Notes: generated from the letters alone by a model not told the origin. A stretch of 63,640 nucleotides of DNA, filler included, from Aduncisulcus paluster (GCA_024181965.1; 28 parts of 28 records of this genome joined end to end with filler, not necessarily neighbours in it); one strand, 5' to 3'. Shown: positions 12,348 to 23,397, counted from the first letter of the whole stretch. Made by a program: numbers and translations.

Positions 12348-13292
12348 GGCAGACGTTTGCCGAGAGGCGCAAGACAGAAGAAAGTGACTCCTGAAGCGTG
12401 GCAAAGGTATGGACAAATCATTGCTGACAAGAGACCTGACCTGAGGGCGAAATTTGACGAATTTGCGAGAAGTTCAATCGAGAAGTATGGCTTTGACGTG
12501 GATGGAACATGTTTGGGAGATAGGAAGTATGTTGGAGGAGAAGGACACACCAGAGGCCGGTATATACCCAGAGAAAGAATCATGAAGAAGGATAAACCCT
12601 GCTGGAACTGCAAAGAACTTGGACATTTTACCCGAGAATGTACTAAACCAATGCAAACCGCCGATATTATTCAAGCAAACCGTAACCTGTACTTCACAGA
12701 CAGGAAAGCTTTCTTTGCGAGTAAACCCTCTGGTAGATACCCGAAAGAGTTAAAGAAAACAGAAGAAGGAAACCCCCAAACCCAGAGAGATGTCTCTAAA
12801 ATCATCGACAGCATCTTTGCTGGTATTCAATACACGAGGAAACCCTCAACCCAACCCAACGTTTTATTAATCGATACCCTCAGGAACAAACCCGATGAAA
12901 AGAAGGAGGAGGAGAAAATTATAAGCGAAGAAGAAGCCTGGGGAACAGAGTTCGACATGTTTGTCGAGGAAACCTTAGCGAAACAAGCTAGTCGAATAGG
13001 AAAGAGAAGAGGGAGCGAGATCCCACTCGTGGAAAACTCAAAGGCCTGGGGAGTCACCCCGACAAGGAAACCGTTGACACCAGCACCCACATCTGATACT
13101 GAGAAACCCCAAGAACGGTTCCAACCCAAGAGGAACTACAGAAGACCCCCACCTGGGATCAGATGGCAGGACTGGAAAGAACACGTAGACAATCTCTGCG
13201 AAGAACTCGAAGACAAACCCAAGTCTGAGGAAGAGGACGAGGATCAAAGACCAGAGGAAACCTCTAAATCAGAAGAAGAACCCGTTGGTTAA
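12348..13292 (+). CDS. CCHC zinc-knuckle protein, Gag/nucleocapsid-like (eukaryotic retroelement, partial)
   Basis: CWNCKELGHFTREC fits C-X2-C-X4-H-X4-C; Lys/Glu/Pro-rich C-terminus. Confidence 0.6.
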   Translation, partial: GRRLPRGARQKKVTPEAWQRYGQIIADKRPDLRAKFDEFARSSIEKYGFDVDGTCLGDRKYVGGEGHTRGRYIPRERIMKKDKPCWNCKELGHFTRECTKPMQTADIIQANRNLYFTDRKAFFASKPSGRYPKELKKTEEGNPQTQRDVSKIIDSIFAGIQYTRKPSTQPNVLLIDTLRNKPDEKKEEEKIISEEEAWGTEFDMFVEETLAKQASRIGKRRGSEIPLVENSKAWGVTPTRKPLTPAPTSDTEKPQERFQPKRNYRRPPPGIRWQDWKEHVDNLCEELEDKPKSEEEDEDQRPEETSKSEEEPVG

Positions 13293-13501
13293 AACTCTGT
13301 AAGAATGCAAGAAAAGTGGAAAAAGAAAGTGATGGAAAGCCTTTATTGGCAGAAGAACCCNNNNNNNNNNNNNNNNNNNNNNNNNNNNNNNNNNNNNNNN
13401 NNNNTTAATTAATTAANNNNNNNNNNNNNNNNNNNNNNNNNNNNNNNNNNNNNNNNNNNNGTTTTATGTGGAGGATTTTGATTTAAAATTCTCCAACTTT
13501 G

Positions 13502-13504
<3 letters not shown>

Positions 13505-13566
<62 letters not shown>

Positions 13567-13677
13567 TCAAGGCTCGCGGAACTTCCCGCACAGTGACTAC
13601 AAGCAAGCAAGTAATCACAAGCCCCGTATTACGCAAGCATAACACTAAGGGCGCGCAGTCCAGACAACTCACCGGAA

Positions 13678-13713
<36 letters not shown>

Positions 13714-14486
13714 GATACAGGGACGTATTCAGCGCACGTTGATGACGTGCACTTACGAGGTATTCCTGGTTCATGAGGGAAAATTACAAACCTCAATCCC
13801 CAGCGCGGACGGTTTTCACAAGATTACCCCAAACGCACAGCATACAAAGACAAAAGCCAATGTTTACCGCACATACCCCTTCGGGCTAGGAGACAACGGA
13901 TGCCAGCACTGCAAGTAGGACTTACCAACCACCGAAGTGACCAGTAAGTGAATCCAACTCCGTTACCAACTCGTTAATCAGAGCTCGTTGAACCGTCCAT
14001 TTTATTACGCGTGCAGCCCAAGACCATCTAAAGGGCATCCCTGACCTGTTGTTGCCAATAACTTCCCCTCGCTTGCGCAAGTAGTCCCTCTAAGAAGCGA
14101 AGAAGATGGAATCCCCGAAGGGTACACCTCCCAATTACGACACTTTCGCCAGCCGAGTTGGACACTGAATAAAAGCCATGAACCATAAGTTTCCCCACCA
14201 ACCGAAGTCAATGAAGTCGCAAACAGATCATGCCCAATTCAACATCCAGTCAACTGAATGTCATAACCGCTATTTAGCAGGTATTGGTCTCCTTCGTTAT
14301 CGCAATAAAGCAGACCGATCACTCCACGAACTAAAAACGGCCATGCACCACTCATCAAACAATCATGAAAGAGCTATCAATCTGTCAATCCTTCGAATGT
14401 CTGGGCCTGGTAAGCTTCCCCGCGTTGAGTCAAATTAAGCCGCAGAATCCACACCTGGTGTAGATCTCCGTCAATTCCTTTAAGTT
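13505..14486 (-). rRNA. Eukaryotic 18S (SSU) rRNA, 3' half with long expansion segments; ITS1 begins at 13504-13461
   Basis: Reverse-complement landmarks GATCCTTCCGCAGGTTCACCTAC, ACCTTGTTACGACTT, GACGGGCGGTGTGTACAA, ACGGCCATGCACCAC, GAGTCAAATTAAGCCGCAG and CCGTCAATTCCTTTAAGTT. Confidence 0.97.
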
Positions 14487-14586
14487 NNNNNNNNNNNNNN
14501 NNNNNNNNNNNNNNNNNNNNNNNNNNNNNNTTAATTAATTAANNNNNNNNNNNNNNNNNNNNNNNNNNNNNNNNNNNNNNNNNNNN

Positions 14587-14914
14587 CATGCCTAACTTCT
14601 TGGTAAAGCTGAGAAGTCTTCTGGGAGCTGCAACGCTTACAGTACACCAGAGAAGAGTTGCGAAGGTTGTGGGAGCTCACACCATGAAACAGATGCAAGA
14701 AATTGCAGCTGGTGGGGAAAATGAGTTCCTGGTCGATTGCCTACTGGATCACAGAGGTAAATCCAAGAAAGAACTGGAGTTCCTCGTATCCTGGAGTGGG
14801 TATGAACCGGAGGAAAACACTTGGGAACCATACCGAGAACTCAAGGACACGATTGCCTTGGATGAGTACCTTGAGGAACATGAGGACCTCAAGCATATCA
14901 TTGGTCACCCATAA
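14587..14914 (+). mobile_element. Chromovirus-type (Ty3/gypsy) pol 3' end with chromodomain, followed by a purine-rich tract
   Basis: EFLVDCLLDHRGK..LEFLVSWSGYEPEENTWEP..L is a canonical chromodomain; the stop is followed by AAAAGGAGGAGGAAAAGA (PPT-like) and TG at 14946. Confidence 0.7.
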
Positions 14915-14947
14915 AAGGAGGAGGAAAAGACCAGGGAATTAGAAATG

Positions 14948-15076
14948 ATGAATTATGACAATGCGTCATGGTAGTCAATTGCTGAAGTAAAATAATTTAC
15001 AAGTTTTAATGAGAAATGAATTATGACAATGCGTCATGGTAGTCAATTGCTGAAGTAAAATAAATTTACAAGTTTT
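14948..15076 (+). repeat. Two near-identical ~60-bp direct repeats, possibly inside an LTR
   Basis: ATGAATTATGACAATGCGTCATGGTAGTCAATTGCTGAAGTAAAATAA(A)TTTACAAGTTTT at 14948-15007 and 15016-15076. Confidence 0.9.
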
Positions 15077-15100
15077 TGAAAAAATTTAAAAAATAATTTA

Positions 15101-15425
15101 TGGTGACCGAACATGAATCAGTCACGTGTCAGTTTCGGGTGTAGAGAGTGTTTCCAAACTCTACTATTGTTTTCCCCAAGGTATATGTTGATAGCTTTCT
15201 ATCTAACAGCATAGCCAAACCGAGTCTGATGATATTACTCTAGGACACCTAAAAACGCGCGAGGGGGGATTTGATCCCCCCCCGCGTGAAATAGCCGCCG
15301 TTATCCAGAGATTATTTCACTCAGACTGGTCACTGTCGCGGGGAAGGTCCCGGGGGTGGACCCGGGGGCCCAGGTTTGAACCTGGACTGGCCATGCTGTG
15401 AAGCACCTACCATTGAGCTACGTGC
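15101..15425 (-). ncRNA. Candidate structured RNA or SINE with a tRNA-like Pol III head
   Basis: Minus-strand A box TAGCTCAATGG (15420-15410) and B box GGTTCAAACC (15382-15373), then at least six helices; GC-richer than the AT-rich flanks, with T runs just downstream. Confidence 0.55.
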
Positions 15426-15965
15426 TTATGATAAATTTATATTAAAATTTATATTTTTTGAGTCAATTTTGGAAGTCTCGATTTTTCGTCGAAATCTTTC
15501 ATCAGAATTGACTTTTGTTGACTTTCCGATATTTTGACAATACAGCCGGAATGATGGATAACTTGATAGAAATATCTTCGTTATGGAAGGCAGAGTGTAT
15601 TGGCTCAGAATAAAATACAGCAATTATGATATTTTATTCTGAATTGTATTATTTTTATCTTATTTTAATTTTATTTCCTTGTTCTTTGTAATTCTCGAAG
15701 TCTATTTTTAGATTACACAGTTCATCCTTTTTCAAGTAAATTTGCTCAGCTAGTACAGTGTATCAAAGGTTTGGATATTAAACATCACAAGACNNNNNNN
15801 NNNNNNNNNNNNNNNNNNNNNNNNNNNNNNNNNNNNNTTAATTAATTAANNNNNNNNNNNNNNNNNNNNNNNNNNNNNNNNNNNNNNNNNNNNTCCCTAA
15901 AATTTTTATCAATTCATTTTATCACTCCACTCCTTTATAACTTGCTCGGAAAAAAATACTTTTTT

Positions 15966-17075
15966 CTAATTATCATCTATACTCCAAGATAATGTTTGGT
16001 TTTCAAAAAGTGGTACAACTGTTTCATTTTTATAAGTGTACTGTGATGGTACTACAAAATCTTTTTTAATAAGTGTTACAGTTTTTGGAAGTGGTTTAAG
16101 TCCATAGATTTTTTGTGCATTTAAACTTACAAATGCATTTAAATTATCTAATTTTTCATGCTCTTCAAAAAGTTGTGTTAATACTTGTAGGGCAATAGGT
16201 GATGAAAATATTCCAGCAGCTCCATGATGACACTCTTTTGTATNNNNNNNNNNNNNNNNNNNNNNNNNNNNNNNNNNNNNNNNNNNNNNNNNNNNNNNNN
16301 NNNNNNNNNNNNNNNNNNNNNNNNNNNNNNNATCTTTTTGATGTGGTGCTGAGTCTGAACCAAACATCACTTTAGGATGTGCACTTAGGGCTAGTTCTTG
16401 TAAAGCTTTTCTATCTTCAGGTCTTTTGACTATTGGTTTGCAAAAAACATGAGGATTTAACATACCACCTGCTACATCATCTAAAGTTAACATCAAATGA
16501 TGAACAGTAAGTGTTGCATAAAGATTGTCATATTTTTTAAGTAATTCAATTGATTCTTTACTTGAAATATGTTCCATAATGATTTTTAACTCTGGAAAAT
16601 TAATAGCCAATGATTCATAAATAGGTAAAAACTCTTTTTCTCTATCCATGATAAAACCTTGTGTTTCTCCATGTACACATACTGGAATACTAAGCTTAGA
16701 CATCGATTCAAGAGTCGGTCTTAAAACTTCCACATCCATAGAAGACACACCTGTTTCAGAATTTGTTGTTACTCCAAAAGGGTATAGTTTAACTGCAATT
16801 ATCTCATCTTTTATATCATTTAAAAATTCATATGTATAATCAACTTGAAAAAATATTGTGACATGTGCTTGAAAATCATCATCTTTAGATGCCTCGAGTA
16901 TTCTTCTTTTATATGAAAGCAAAGCATCTTTTGTTGTAATTGGAGGTAAGATATTTGGCATGATGAGTGCCCCAGAAAATTGTTTTGAGGTGAATGGTGC
17001 CACAAGTTTTAGCATATCATCATCTCTTAAATGAAGATGCATATCAAGGGGTGAATTTATTGTAAAGTTTTTCAT
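15966..17075 (-). CDS. pyrC: Dihydroorotase, homodimeric type (Campylobacterota)
   Basis: DMHLHLRD, MPN, KLYP.GVTTNS, HGE, MEHIS, CKP and GSDSAPH. Confidence 0.95.
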   Translation of the reverse strand: MKNFTINSPLDMHLHLRDDDMLKLVAPFTSKQFSGALIMPNILPPITTKDALLSYKRRILEASKDDDFQAHVTIFFQVDYTYEFLNDIKDEIIAVKLYPFGVTTNSETGVSSMDVEVLRPTLESMSKLSIPVCVHGETQGFIMDREKEFLPIYESLAINFPELKIIMEHISSKESIELLKKYDNLYATLTVHHLMLTLDDVAGGMLNPHVFCKPIVKRPEDRKALQELALSAHPKVMFGSDSAPHQKDXXXXXXXXXXXXXXXXXXXXXXXXXXXXXXTKECHHGAAGIFSSPIALQVLTQLFEEHEKLDNLNAFVSLNAQKIYGLKPLPKTVTLIKKDFVVPSQYTYKNETVVPLFENQTLSWSIDDN

Positions 17076-17457
17076 GCTGATAAAATCCTTTTAATTATCG
17101 CGACTCAGTCGCATTATTTATACGACATAATATCTAAATGCAACTTAGTTGCAATAAAAAATATAAAAATTTCAATTATTTTTAAGGATGGGATGAGATA
17201 TTTTATAATAAAACTTTTACAATAAAACAAGCTCCTTGGTTTTTATTGATAACATTGATTATCCCATCCATATTTCTCTCTATTATATTTTTAGACATAT
17301 AAAGTCCAATTCCTGAGCCTTGGGTCTTATGTCTCGTAGTAAAATAGGGTTCAAATNNNNNNNNNNNNNNNNNNNNNNNNNNNNNNNNNNNNNNNNNNNN
17401 TTAATTAATTAANNNNNNNNNNNNNNNNNNNNNNNNNNNNNNNNNNNNNNNNNNNNG

Positions 17458-19144
17458 GTCAACGGTCCGCTGGCGCTCGCAGTCTCCGACCGGCTCCAAC
17501 AGCGCTACGGTGTCAGCGAGTCACCCACCGCCACCGACGACGGCATCGTGGTGCGACTGCCCGACACCGATGACAATCCGCCCGGAGCAAGTCTTTTCGT
17601 CTTCGACGCCACGGAAATCGAGGCGATCGTGACGCGGGAGGTCGGCGGGTCGGCACTCTTCGCCGCACGGTTCCGCGAATGCGCTGCGCGTGCCCTGCTG
17701 CTTCCCCGACGAACCCCCGGCCGCCGATCGCCGCTGTGGCAGCAGCGGCAGCGGTCGGCGCAGCTGCTGGATGTCGCACGCAAGCACTCCGACTTCCCGA
17801 TGGTCTTGGAGNNNNNNNNNNNNNNNNNNNNGTGTACGACATCGGAACCCTGGTGCGGCTGATGTCGGGTATCGAGCAGCGCCGGATCCGGATCGTGGAG
17901 GTGCAGACCGACACACCTTCGCCCTTCGCGGCCGCGCAATTGTTCAGCTATATCGGCGGATTCATGTACGACGAGGATCGGCCGCTGGCCGAGCGGCGTG
18001 CCGCCGCCCTCTCGCTGGACACCGGTCTGCTCGCCGAGCTGATGGGCCGGGTCGAACTGCGCGAACTGCTCGACCCCACTGTCATCGAAGCAACCGAACA
18101 CCAACTGCAGCATCTCGCCGAGGACCGCAAGGCCCGCGATGCCGAGGGCCTTGCCGATTTGTTCCGGCTTCTCGGCCCCCTCACCACCGGCGAGATCGCC
18201 GCGCGCTGCACCGGGCCCGGCACCGACTGGCTGCATGAACTCGTCGGCGCCCGAAGAGTGGTCGAGACCCACTACGGACAACGCACCTGGTGGGCCGCCG
18301 TCGAGGACGTGGCACGCCTGCGTGACGCGCTCGGGGTGCCGGTGCCGCCGGGCGTACCGGCGGCGTTCACCGACGCCGCGGCCGATCCGCTCGGTGAACT
18401 GTTAGGTCGATACGCACGGACACATGGCCCATTCACCACGGGCCAGGCTGCGGAGCGCTTCGGCATCGGAGTCCGGGTCGCCGCGGACGCCCTGTCTGTG
18501 ATGGCGTCGCGCGGCCAGTTGGTGCGTGGTGAATTCACCTCTGATGCAACAGACTCTGAACAATGGTGCGATGCTGAGGTCCTCAGGATTCTGCGCCGCA
18601 GGTCGCTGGCCGCGCTACGTGCCCAGGTGGAACCCGTCAGCACGTCGGCATTCGCGCGGTTCCTGCCCGATTGGCAGTACCTCGATTCGAGCCTGCGCGG
18701 CGTCGACGGAGTGGCTACCGTCATCGATCAACTCGCCGGGGTGCCGATACCCGCGTCCGCGTGGGAACCGCTGATTCTGGCACGTCGCGTCCGTGACTAC
18801 TCTCCCCAGATGCTCGACGAGCTGCTGGCCTCGGGAGAGGCGGTGTGGTCGGGACATGGCTCGATCTCCGCACAAGATGGCTGGATCGCGTTGCACCCCA
18901 GCGGTGTTGCGCCCGCCACGCTGGCCGCCACCGATCCCGTTGTTCTCGATGAGGCCCATCGAACGATTCTCGACGGCCTCGCCGCCGGCGGCGGATACTT
19001 CTTCCGCCAATTCGGTGACGCCGCGACCAGGGCCGCGCTATGGGACCTGGTGTGGGCGGGCCTAGTGACCGGAGACACCTTCGCGCCGGTGCGTGCACTG
19101 CTGGGAACCAGTACCAAATCGCGCACCGCGCACCGGAATCGGCG
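17458..19144 (+). CDS. lhr: Lhr-family long helicase, internal/C-terminal fragment (mycobacterial)
   Basis: SALFAARFRECAARALLLPRR..PLWQQRQR, PSPFA, RYARTHGPFT and WEPLIL.RVRDYSP.MLDEL. Confidence 0.9.
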
Positions 19145-19244
19145 NNNNNNNNNNNNNNNNNNNNNNNNNNNNNNNNNNNNNNNNNNNNTTAATTAATTAA
19201 NNNNNNNNNNNNNNNNNNNNNNNNNNNNNNNNNNNNNNNNNNNN

Positions 19245-20594
19245 TGCGCGCCGTAGCCGAACGCGACGTGGCGGTTGGGCTTGCGGTCGCTGCGGAAGCG
19301 ATCGGGCTCCTCGAACACCTCCTCGTCGCGATTGCCCGAGGCGTAGCACAGCATCAGCCAGTCGCCCTTGGCGATCTTGCGGCCGCCGAGCTCGGTATCG
19401 GCGGTGGCCGAGCGCATGAAATGCTTGACCGGCGTCATCCAGCGGATCGCCTCGTCGACCAGGCCCGGGATCAAGTCCGGATTGGCCTTCACCTTGGCGA
19501 ATTCCACGGGATCCCTGGCCAGCGCCCAGATCGCGCCTGCGGTCGAGGATGAGGTGGTGTCGTGGCCCGCGGTCGCAACGATCATGTAATAGCTGGTCTG
19601 ATCGTGCTCCGGCATATAGTCGCCGCCGATCTTCGCNNNNNNNNNNNNNNNNNNNNNNNNNNNNNNNNNNNNNNNNNNNNNNNNNNNNNNNNNNNNNNNN
19701 NNNNNNNNNNNNNNNNNNNNNNNNNNNNNNNNNNNNNNNNNNNNNNNNNNNNNNNNNNNNNNNNNNNNNNNNNNNNNNNNNNNNNNNNNNNNNNNNNNNN
19801 NNNNTGCGGAAATACGCGGAGAAGTCGGCGATGATCGCCTGCAGCATCACCGAGACCTGCTCCGCGCTCAGCGCGTCTCGGACGCGCGCCGTGTCGGGAT
19901 CCTGCGGGCCGAACAGCTCCTGCGTCAGCTTGAGCATGCGCGGCTCGTCCGCCTCGGGCACGCCGAGGATCTCCATGATGACGTGCAGCGGATAGCCGAG
20001 CGCGACGTCGTCGACGAAATCGCAGGCGCCGCCGCGGTCGAGCATGCNNNNNNNNNNNNNNNNNNNNNNNNNNNNNNNNNNNNNNNNNNNNNNNNNNNNN
20101 NNNNNNNNNNNNNNNNNNNNNNNNNNNNNNNNNNNNNNNNNNNNNNNNNNNNNNNNNNNGCGCCGCACGGTTGCGCGCGCGATCTCGCGGACGCGGCCCT
20201 CGAACTTGCCGAGATTATTCGGCATGAACCAGCCCTGCGTCAGCGCGCGGTATTTCGGATGGTCCGGCGCGTCCATCTGTACCAGCGAGCGCACCAGATT
20301 GGGGCTGCCGGTGATCTTGCGGACGCGCTCCTCGAGCGCCCGGTTGGTCAGCGTGGTCGGCCGGTCGGCATTGTGGAACAGGTCGTTCTGCCGGCTGATC
20401 GCCTGGATATGCGCGTGCTTGGTCACCACCCAGAACGGATCGAACTTCTCCGGTTGCGCGATCCCGAGCGGATTGTTGGCGCGCAGCCAGCGATAGCTGT
20501 CGTGGATGCGATCGTCGGCATAGGCGACGGGATCGACGAGGGTTGCCGCGATGTCGGCGGGGATGTTGATATCCCCGGTCGTTGCCGTGTCCAT
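19245..20594 (-). CDS. Cytochrome P450 (Bradyrhizobium-like), gapped and 3'-truncated
   Basis: MDAPDHPKYR, AGHDTT (I-helix), EAIR (ExxR), SGNRDE, and HVAFGYGA leading toward the heme Cys. Confidence 0.92.
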
Positions 20595-20747
20595 GTTCGT
20601 CCTCACCTGTCCCAGCATCGGGTCGTGCCGATGATCGCCGAAATCTAGGCAGGGTTAAGGACAAAGGACTTGCGTTGATTGGCTACAAACCCCGCCGCAC
20701 ACGCGATTGCGGGGCGTGCCGGCGCAATGACGGCGGGGAGGAAGTCC

Positions 20748-20932
20748 TCAATAATGCCCGAACGCCACCGGGCGGAACGCCTGCAGCAATTGCTGGTCGA
20801 GCTTGCCGCCCATCTCCTCCATCATGGAGAACGCCTTGGCGTGGGTGAATTGCAGCCGGTAGGCCCGCTTCTCGACCAGGGCGGCATAGACGTCGACGAT
20901 CGTGGTGACGCGGACGATGTCGCTGATCTGGT
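20748..20932 (-). CDS. HD-GYP domain protein C-terminus
   Basis: Manual translation QISDIVRVTTIVDVYAALVEKRAYRLQFTHAKAFSMMEEMGGKLDQQLLQAFRPVAFGHY* fits the D-x-x-x-AL...R-x-Y end of HD-GYP domains. Not in the ORF track. Confidence 0.65.
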
Positions 20933-21079
20933 NNNNNNNNNNNNNNNNNNNNNNNNNNNNNNNNNNNNNNNNNNNNTTAATTAATTAANNNNNNNNNNNN
21001 NNNNNNNNNNNNNNNNNNNNNNNNNNNNNNNNAGCAAAAGAATAAAAACAAAAGTATATAACAACAAACTCAAACATAC

Positions 21080-21493
21080 CTTACACTTTAACAATGTGTA
21101 GTGCCCTAGCTCTGGCGTAATCATATCTAGGACACACCACATGACAGACTTATAACCAGGGTTATAAGCCTTAATCCCCGTCTCTTCTATTACCACGAAG
21201 CAGGTCTGGCTCAGGTGAGACAACCCCATCAGCTCATCGTATCCCGACTTGAAATCCGCTGAGTGGAGGCCATCCCATTCGATAAATCCTCTAAGGAAGC
21301 ATGCCATCTTTGATGCCTTCCCTAAAGCCCGGGAGAATAATGCTCTGTCTTTCTTTGACCTATCAGGAATATAAAATTCACTGAAACAGTTAAGAAAGCA
21401 GAGGGTACTCTCACCGTCGACTTCAACGAGAGGAGGAACATCGCCTGCAAACATACGACTGAGAAGGGACTCAATTCCCGAACTAAAAGGCAT
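21080..21493 (-). CDS. Eukaryotic exon encoding a possible OTU/papain-like protease domain
   Basis: VEVDGESTLCFLNCF and a later GHY resemble OTU catalytic Cys and His motifs; the frame meets a GTATGT donor at 21079. Confidence 0.35.
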
Positions 21494-21959
21494 GATTTTC
21501 CAAGAAATCTGGAATATTTCTTTCACAACTCTAAACTTCTTATTACCCCATCCTAAGTAATAATATATATATTATATATTATATATATAATTATAATTTA
21601 TTATTATTTCTCGGGGTCTCCCAGAAAATAATCTGATAGGATACACTGTTTCTAGCAACCCGTATAAAGAAAATTTACATATATGAACTGGGCGATAAAT
21701 TATTCTGAAGACGATTTATAAATATAACTACCGATATTTAATAGATTTATGAAATGGAATGACGATAAACAATTACAACTTTATTGTATTGTTTCAGTAA
21801 ATTGGACTGTGCACTCAGGTAATGCCCCAATGGATATTATTATATTATAACAATACATTTATTCATTGTTCTATATGTGCTATTGTTTGGTGGGGTAACA
21901 ATGTATCCTACCATATTATAGCAAACCGTCAACCACAACGAAGACTTTTTTCCGTATCT

Positions 21960-22112
21960 ACATATGTAATACAGTAAATCCCTCTTTTTACTGTAATCCA
22001 TATGTTCATACATATGAGTTAACATATGTAGAACATCTATGTCTACCATATGTATCAACATATCTGTTTACCCTATGTACTACATATTTATACCATATGT
22101 AGAACATATGTT
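21960..22112. repeat. Degenerate ~12-bp-period CATATG minisatellite
   Basis: Recurrent CATATG/CATATC/CCTATG cores, e.g. aacatatgtagaacatctatgtctaccatatgtatcaacatatct. Confidence 0.6.
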
Positions 22113-22417
22113 GGCATGAAAATCAGATTTACATATTTCAGTCAAGACCATTAGATCATAATCAATTATTATCAGAAACAATTATAATATTACTAATTAT
22201 GGATTATTTATAATATTATCCTTCATCAATATGTTTACTAAGTGATTTAAAATACAACTCATTATTAGAGCATATTATTCCTAAATTATGCAAAAAAAAT
22301 ATATATATACTATTTATNNNNNNNNNNNNNNNNNNNNNNNNNNNNNNNNNNNNNNNNNNNNTTAATTAATTAANNNNNNNNNNNNNNNNNNNNNNNNNNN
22401 NNNNNNNNNNNNNNNNN

Positions 22418-23397
22418 GAAGTTTTTCAAGAAAAGTGCTTGAAAAAGATAAAAAAGATATGGAAGAGTTTTCAAAACTAAGGGATGAGGAGCTAGCTCAA
22501 GTTAAAAAAGCTGATTCTCTTTACCTTAACCGTGCATCTATAACCACAGGCATGATAAATATCCACGATATAGCTTGGGGAGATGAGGGTCTTTGGGTAG
22601 TAAACTCAACTTTTTCTTGTCTTAGTACTCTTAGTCCAGATAGCTCTTTTGTAGCTAGATGGAAACCAAAGTTTATATCTGAACTTGTACCTGAAGATAG
22701 ATGTCACCTAAATGGTATGGCTATGTTAAATGGAAAGCCAAAATATGTAACCACTTTCAATATGGAAGACTCTAGAGATTCATGGAGTGAAGGTAGGATC
22801 GACTATGGCACACTCATAGATGTAGATACTCATGAAATNNNNNNNNNNNNNNNNNNNNATGAAATACTAATTGAGGGGATGCTTATGCCCCATTCTCCAA
22901 AAGTATATAAAGGTGAGGTTTATGTGTGTGAATCTGGTCTTGGCTTAGTTTGGAAATATAATCCAAAAACAAAAGAGAAAACACAAGTGGTAAAACTTCA
23001 AGGTTTTACCAGAGGCTTATTTTTTTATGGGGGGCTTATGCTTGTGGGGACTTCGCAAGTAAGAGCAAGTGNNNNNNNNNNNNNNNNNNNNNNNNNNNNN
23101 NNNNNNNNNNNNNNNNNNNNNNNNNNNNNNNNNNNNNNNNNNNNNNNNNNNNNNNNNNNNNNNNNNNNNNNNNNNNNNNNNNTAAGTAAAGAGTATGATG
23201 AGACATATGTAGGGGTTTGGATGATAAATCTAGAGGATAATAGTACTGTAGGTTATATAAGATTTGATGGTGATGTTGATCAGATTTATGATATTGCAGT
23301 AATTCCAGGTAGTGTGATGCCTGAGCTTTTGGATGTGGAGAATGTTCTTAGCAGACATTTATTTGATTTTAAAAATTTAATAGGAGAAGAGATATGA
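22418..23397 (+). CDS. TIGR03032 (DUF4915) family protein, partial
   Basis: TG.INIHDIAW, VNSTFSCL, WKPKFISELVPEDRCHLNGMA, MPHSP and GFTRGL. Confidence 0.88.

Noticed and set aside
13290-13360. Possible gag-pol readthrough: the frame stays open after TAA 13290-13292
   Set aside because: Only ~22 codons are visible before the scaffold ends, with no protease motif and an in-frame ATG at 13305; untestable here.
13409-14438. Short ORFs in the ORF track
   Set aside because: They overlap the 18S rRNA and are spurious.
15226-15292. Hammerhead ribozyme (CTGATGA...GAAA)
   Set aside because: The bases after CTGATGA do not pair with those before GAAA to form stem II, and G-U evidence favours the opposite strand.
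15361-15428. Intact tRNA gene on the minus strand
   Set aside because: A and B boxes are present, but there is no acceptor-stem pairing or canonical anticodon arm, and the T-loop has 6 nt; kept only as a tRNA-like head.
17505-19126. Many overlapping and antisense ORFs in GC-rich scaffolds (also 5475-7564, 9047-10485, 36081-39242, 58948-61929)
   Set aside because: Shadow ORFs caused by stop-codon scarcity at high GC; one frame carries the recognisable protein in each case.
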